Shown in pieces: positions 58,165-64,000 of a stretch of DNA of 64,000 nt; position 1 is the first letter of the stretch, and the number at the start of each line of letters is the position of its first letter. This stretch comes from Eledone cirrhosa. Taxonomy: Eukaryota. A program made the translations under genes and the position numbers. The stretch is taken from positions 287,246,001 through 287,310,000 of the forward strand of contig OZ024741.1 in NCBI GenBank assembly GCA_964016885.1. The letters are read 5' to 3'. The notes under the pieces were generated by a model, which searched no databases, had not been told where the DNA came from, and saw nothing but the letters and a program-made list of their open reading frames with translations.

Positions 58165-61100
58165 ATGTGTGAAATTATATGATCAATGGTCTCTGGTTGT
58201 TTTTTACATACACGGTATAATGGGTTGCATCCATTTTTTATTATGTTGCATGGTAATTTTTTGTTGGCAGACACTGATCTTGTGCTGATATAATCAGTCC
58301 TTCAGTCTCCGATTTCAGTCCAGAGGATGCCAACCACTTTCTGTACCAGTTCTTTCTTTGCAGTTACTTTTACCTGCTTTGATTTTTCTGTGTTTTCCAT
58401 TTCAGCAGTAAATGGGACTTCTGAAATGTGTAGTCCATTACTGTATCTTTGTGCATCTTTTGTAATGGAGTATGATCTTTTGATGCTTTCGTGTTTCAAA
58501 ACGGGTTTGATCATCCAATCATGTCATTCCCTTAGATATGTAGATAATCCAATTGTTGCAGTTTTCAACGCAATATCTAACTGGATTAACCCAAGTTCTC
58601 CTTCTTTCCGAGGGAGATATATTCTATCTGTATCTGCCTTAGGGTGATGCTTTCTGTGCATGGTTAAGAATTTTTTAATTTTTGTATCGAGCCTACGGAT
58701 CTCTGTGCTTGACCAGTTGATGACATTGTAACTGTAGGTTACTACTGGTATGGCAAGCGTGTTTATGGCATCGATCCTATTCCTTGCATTCAATTCCGTT
58801 CTTAAGATTGCTCTTACTCTGCGGTAACATTCCTTCCTTATCCTTTCCCTCATTGTCGAGTGCTTGATTCCGTCTCCTTCACAAACACCTAGATATTTGT
58901 AAGTTTCCTCTTGATCAAGTTCTCTTATCACATTCCCCCGATCAAGACTAATATCTGAACTTTTCAGCGGCTTTCCTCTGGTGAACGTTGCTTTGGCGCA
59001 TTTATCTAGTCTAAACTCCATTTTAATGTCATCACTGAACTGCTCCACAGTGGATAATAGCCCTTGCAATTGTTCATCATTTTTTGCAAATAGTTTCAGC
59101 TCATCCATGTAGAACAAGTGATTAATGGTTTTGTCATAGACTTTGTATCCATGTTTTATTTCATTGAGCATTTTACTTAATGGTATAAATGCGATGCAGA
59201 ATAAAAGCGGTGATAAAGAGTCACCCTGAAAAATTCCACAATTAATATTAACTTCTCCAGCTTCCAGTGATTTTTTTTTTTCACTATTCAAAAGGAGTGT
59301 CGTTTTCCATGTCTTCATACTGAATGATAGGAACCTCCTGACAACGGGAGATATTTTGAAAATCTCTAAACATTTTTCAATCCAACTGTGTGGCAAACTA
59401 TCGAATGCTTTTTTATAATCTATCCAAGCAATTGATAGATTTTTGTGTCTATTATGACAATCTTCCAGTATCATTTTGTTAACCAAAAGCTGATCTTTAC
59501 AGCCATATTAGCCACGTTTACATCCTTTCTGCTCATTGGAAAATAGATCATTTGTTATCAGGTGATCATATGTATATTCAGTTAGGACTGATGTTAAAAT
59601 GTTATACCTTGTGGTCATGCAAGTTATCGGTCTGTAATTTTTGGGTTTGGTTGTCTCAAAATTCTTCGGAAGCAGGAATGTAATGCCGTTAACTAACTAG
59701 CAATGATGGTATCTTGTCTGGCTCCTTAACTATTTAATTGTAAAGTTGGGCTAACAGCTCATGAGACTCTGTGAAGGCATTTATCCAAAATTTGGTATTT
59801 TGTCTTTTCCTGGGGATTTCCATTTGCTGGTTTTTCTAAGAGCCAAACGCAACTGTTCAACTGTTATATTTTCCCATATTTGTTCCTCGAGGTGAGCTGT
59901 ATCTTTTATTTGTCTGTCTATCCATGGGGCATGTATATTCTGAACTTTTTCTTCGGCCCAGATCTTTTCCTAGAATTCTTGCACTTCCTCCTTCGGTGGT
60001 ATTGATTTAGCAGACTTGCCAATTTTTCTGTAGAAGCATCTTTGGTTTTTTTTTAACATATTATTGTCCTTATAGAATCTAGATCGTTTTTCAAAGCGCC
60101 TTATACGAGCAGCTTTGGCCGACACTTTTTACTTGATTATTTCTATGAGCATGTCTATGTCACTTGTTGATTTTATACTGTATTTTCTTTTCAATTTTCT
60201 AAGTTTAGTTTGTTTAACATGTTCACCTACTTTGTAGTTTGTTAAAATTTCTATGTCAGATCGGAGAAGGTTTATTTGGCGAGTGATGTTCTCTTACTAA
60301 GTAGATTTCTTGTGGGAATTCCTTTGTTTTCACATTTTCACTCCACATAAGTGAGTGGTGACTTTAGCCGATGCATAATAGAGATGATTTAAATCAGTAA
60401 TGTTTAGTTTGTTTGTGATGATAATGTTTTTTAGAAGTATGTTAGTCTTGTGTATTATCTTTTGGTTCTGTTTGGAGTTCTGGATCTTAGGGAGAGTGTC
60501 TCGTTCCCCCATGTCAGATTCTTTCATTTTCATCCATTCGATCATAATTTCATCCTTCAAGTTGGCAAGTTCATTCTCATTCATTTCTTTATAATTTACG
60601 ATCTCATTGTTTTCATTTTGAGTTTCATCTTGAGCATGCACTCCCTCCACTTTTTCTTTAATTTGTTCTGTTGTCAGTGATTCTTCCCCAACCCTGGGAT
60701 TCGAAGTGTTACAATTTACCTCGTTTTCACTGACACATGTTTCATATTCCTTTCGCTGACTTTGTGCTAATAACTTCTGTTTTCGGGATGTTTCTTTTTC
60801 CAGTTGATATATGTCTGTTCTGTATTCGATCTATTTGATGGGTAGTACATGGCAGTGTAGAAAGCCTCAAGGACTTCTTTATTGTCTTCCCTTGACCATT
60901 TTTCTCTCTTTTTCTTTGGATTTCTTGGTGGTGAGCATGGAGGGCCAACAGTAGGAGTATTCCGGTTATGGGAGGTCTCCAGCTCCGAAGTGATGGGAAG
61001 GTTTGAACCATTAGCTGATTTTTCGACCCCAGTCTGGTTCCTCTCTGAGGGACGCGGCCCTTTTTGACCCGGGTGACGGCCGATCCGGTATGAGATTTTA

Positions 61101-61275
61101 TCATTTGACATTTACTTTATTTTGTCGCGTTTTATCCTTAACCGCCAAGGGGTAATCATTTCGTATTACCATTTCTAGGACGAGTGTCAACCAAGACTAG
61201 AGGGGTCGTCCTCCCCTAGAGACACGGCTATTCCCCGCCGGCCGCCATCCCGGTATTTCTTGGTCACGGGGTTTT
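58165..61275 (-). mobile_element. Degenerate R4-like (RLE-type) non-LTR retrotransposon; 5' end present, 3'-truncated after the zinc knuckle
   Basis: N-terminal KWSREDNKEVLEAFY; NYRPITC; AWIDYKKAFDSLPHSW; GIFQGDSLSPLLF; HLFYMDELKL; YKYLG; RVCKKQPETIDHIIS; several stops and frameshifts. Confidence 0.9.
58524..59486 (-). pseudogene. Reverse transcriptase domain of the R4-like LINE (catalytic YMDD mutated to YMDE)
   Basis: 320-aa track ORF with RT motifs. Confidence 0.9.
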
Positions 61276-62247
61276 CTTTTTTGTTGTTTTTTAAATTGTT
61301 ATTATCAAGAGTGATTCCTTAATGTGAGCATTGCGTGGCTTAAGAATGAAATTATTATTAATAATATAATATACTTTTTGTTGAAGTTGCCTGTTATTGT
61401 TGTTGGCTATGTCGGTGGTGGTTGTGGGGCTTTTTCTATTGCTGGTGGGGAAGGGGGGAGCCAGCAGTACCATGTCGTTGACGTTTGACCGGGTCACTAA
61501 GTCAGTCTATTTATATCTTTTGCTAGCCTCTCCCTTGTCTACTAATACCGCAACCTTCCCCTTTCTTAAGTTAACAGAAGGTAGTGGGGGAATAGTGGTG
61601 GTAGCAATGAAGGAGTGGTGGCGGCGGTGATGGGATAGTGGTAGCAATGATGGAGTGGTGGCGGCGGTGACTATAGTGATGGCGTTGTCGTTACTGAGTT
61701 CTGTTGAATAGACTGTAGTAGTATGCGTTTGTTTGATCTGTGTATCCATGCGGTTTGTCGCGTATGTTTAATATGTGTTGACATATTCCCTTAATATTTG
61801 AATTAAACATTTTGAGAAAACTTGAGATACAATAATAGTAATTATTATTATTATGCTGGGGTTGGTGGTGGTGGTGGTGGTGGTGAAATTGCCGTTATCT
61901 GGCTGTTGTATTTAGTGTACACAGAGGGGTGATGGGATAGGTGGTGTATCTAGTTTGTGGTGTTGGTGAAAGTGCTGTTATTTGGCTGTTCTATATAGTG
62001 TAGACAGACGGGGTTTTCTTCCATTTATAACCATTCTCTTTTTTTAATATAAAATTTATAATACAAAATTGAATATTTGAGCGATATAACAGGATATTGT
62101 GGATCTGAATTTCCTGAGAGTTAAGCCTGGCGCTTTATGTCCCATTTGTACTAAGAATTGTTATATCACAATTGTTTTAAATATGTTAAAAATCAAAAAC
62201 TTACGGGAGCGATTCCATAACACTCTATCCACCACGTGCGTCTTCCC

Positions 62248-62324
<77 letters not shown>

Positions 62325-62634
62325 GTTGTTGTTGTTGTTATTATTAGTGTCGTTATTATGGGTTGTTTTGTGCAATGGCCATCCTCGATAACGAGGGGGC
62401 AGCCATCATTCATGTATCTATGTATGTATGCATGTATGTATTGTGTATGTGTGTATATGTGTATGTATATATGTATGTACATATGTATGTATGTAAGTAT
62501 GTATGTATTGTGTATGTGTGTGTATATATATATGTGTGTATATTTATGTTTGTATATATGTATGTATATATATGTATGTGTATGAGTGCATGTATATGTA
62601 TTTATGTATGTATTTATGTATGTATGTATGTATG

Positions 62635-63150
62635 CCAGGTCGTTCTTCAGCGCTATTGGTAACATGTAACCCAGTACAAGCTGTGCATAGTTGGCTCGTC
62701 GGCGACTAAACCGGCAACCACACCAAGCTTGCTTAGTGAGGAGGGTGATTTTGGACACCCTGCGGGGTATAAAACAAGACCCGTCAAAGGGCGGCGGAAC
62801 TCAGCCATCCAATTTTTTTTTTTTTTTGTGGGGCCAGAGGCTCCTAGTCTTCTTAAAGACATCTCTCTAGGAGAAGGTCACCGCGACTTCTTTTGCATCC
62901 AATGATGTAGACCAGTTCTTCTTTTGGGATAAATGTATTCGATGTTCAGAGAGTGAGATTGCCCCCATGCAAAGACTTTCCTCCTTTAAAAAAGCTTCAA
63001 GCTCAGGCATCGTTTGATATATGACGTTTCTTACGATGCATATGGCTGGCCATAGGCAAGTTCCTAGTAGGATTAAAAAGCCAAGTACTTGATGCTGACG
63101 CTTAAGTATCAAGCTACGGCATTACTCGAAATCGAGTTGCCACCATCATG
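62635..63150 (+). mobile_element. Diverged RTE-derived short element
   Basis: Homologous to 17890-18496; an extra 3'-end fragment lies at 62345-62410. Confidence 0.7.
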
Positions 63151-63284
63151 TATGTATTATGTATGCGTGTGTATATATGTATGTATATATCATGTATGTA
63201 TGTGTGTATATATATGTATGTATGTATATTTGTATGTATGTACGCATATGTATATATATATATCTACGTATTACGTATGCATGC

Positions 63285-63315
<31 letters not shown>

Positions 63316-63800
63316 TATATATATATGTGTGTATGTATGTGTACATATATCTATGTTTTATGTTTATATGTATGCGTGTGTGTGTGTATGTATGTATGTT
63401 CATATGTATGGAAGTATATACATATGTATGTGTGTATGTATATATGTTTGTTCTCTTTCTCTTAATTTTGAGTGTGGGGGTAGCGATGGTAGAGGGAGTG
63501 ATATCGATAATATTTGGAATGACCGTGGGTGGGGATGTATCCGTGTTTGATGTAACAGGGTATGTGTATATGTTTGTGTGCATAGTAGGCGAAATCTTGT
63601 GTTGTGTGAACGATAGGCCCACTAGGGTGGATATGTAGATGAGGGTGGGGGAATATGAGGCATATATATATATACATATATTTATTTGATTAGTACCTGC
63701 TACAACTTTGATTCATACCTAATATAATATATATATTTGTGTGTATGTGTGTGTATGTGAGCGTTGTGTGTGTGTATGTGTGTGTTGTGTGTGTATGTAC

Positions 63801-63832
<32 letters not shown>

Positions 63833-64000
63833 ATATATACAATAAATGTAATCTGAGTTTTTCGAATATTAATAATAACATTCGATTCGTTTGCAATTAT
63901 GCAAACAAGCCTCAATTTTATAGCCATGTCAGTAGAATAAACACTTCATTCTTGCTCTTATGTTGGCATGCAAACAGAACTGCAGACACTAATGTTTCGG

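Noticed and set aside
63975-64000. Minus-strand CCGAAACATTAG, possible start of another hammerhead
   Set aside because: Truncated by the window edge; the core is not visible.

Overview
AT-rich, microsatellite-dense animal non-genic DNA. An octopus-like cephalopod is inferred from the SINE style, the (TA)n density and a nad4 NUMT that reads in the invertebrate mitochondrial code. No host gene exons were recognised, and nearly all track ORFs are simple-repeat artefacts. The window is dominated by retroelements. Many Penelope-like elements (PLEs; RT plus C-terminal GIY-YIG; CxCx5C 'Hydra-like', Neptune-like and Poseidon-like types) sit in (TA)n tracts, often reduced to 100-800 bp fold-back remnants. 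About a dozen type I hammerhead ribozyme (HHR) motifs are present, along with an R4-like RLE LINE, RTE-derived short elements, SINEs, a hAT element and a tiny Tc1/mariner MITE. The most interesting candidate system is a ~440-bp non-coding unit found in tandem and inverted copies (47784-48928, 53263-53866) plus a divergent relative (16190-16440). It couples a perfect octamer ATGCAAAT, 80-81 nt upstream, to an HHR whose helices covary, which suggests a retrozyme or newt-satellite-2-like circular-RNA element. A second candidate is a pseudoknot architecture shared by the 5' regions of two unrelated LINE groups. All structures were folded by eye and coordinates are approximate at element edges.
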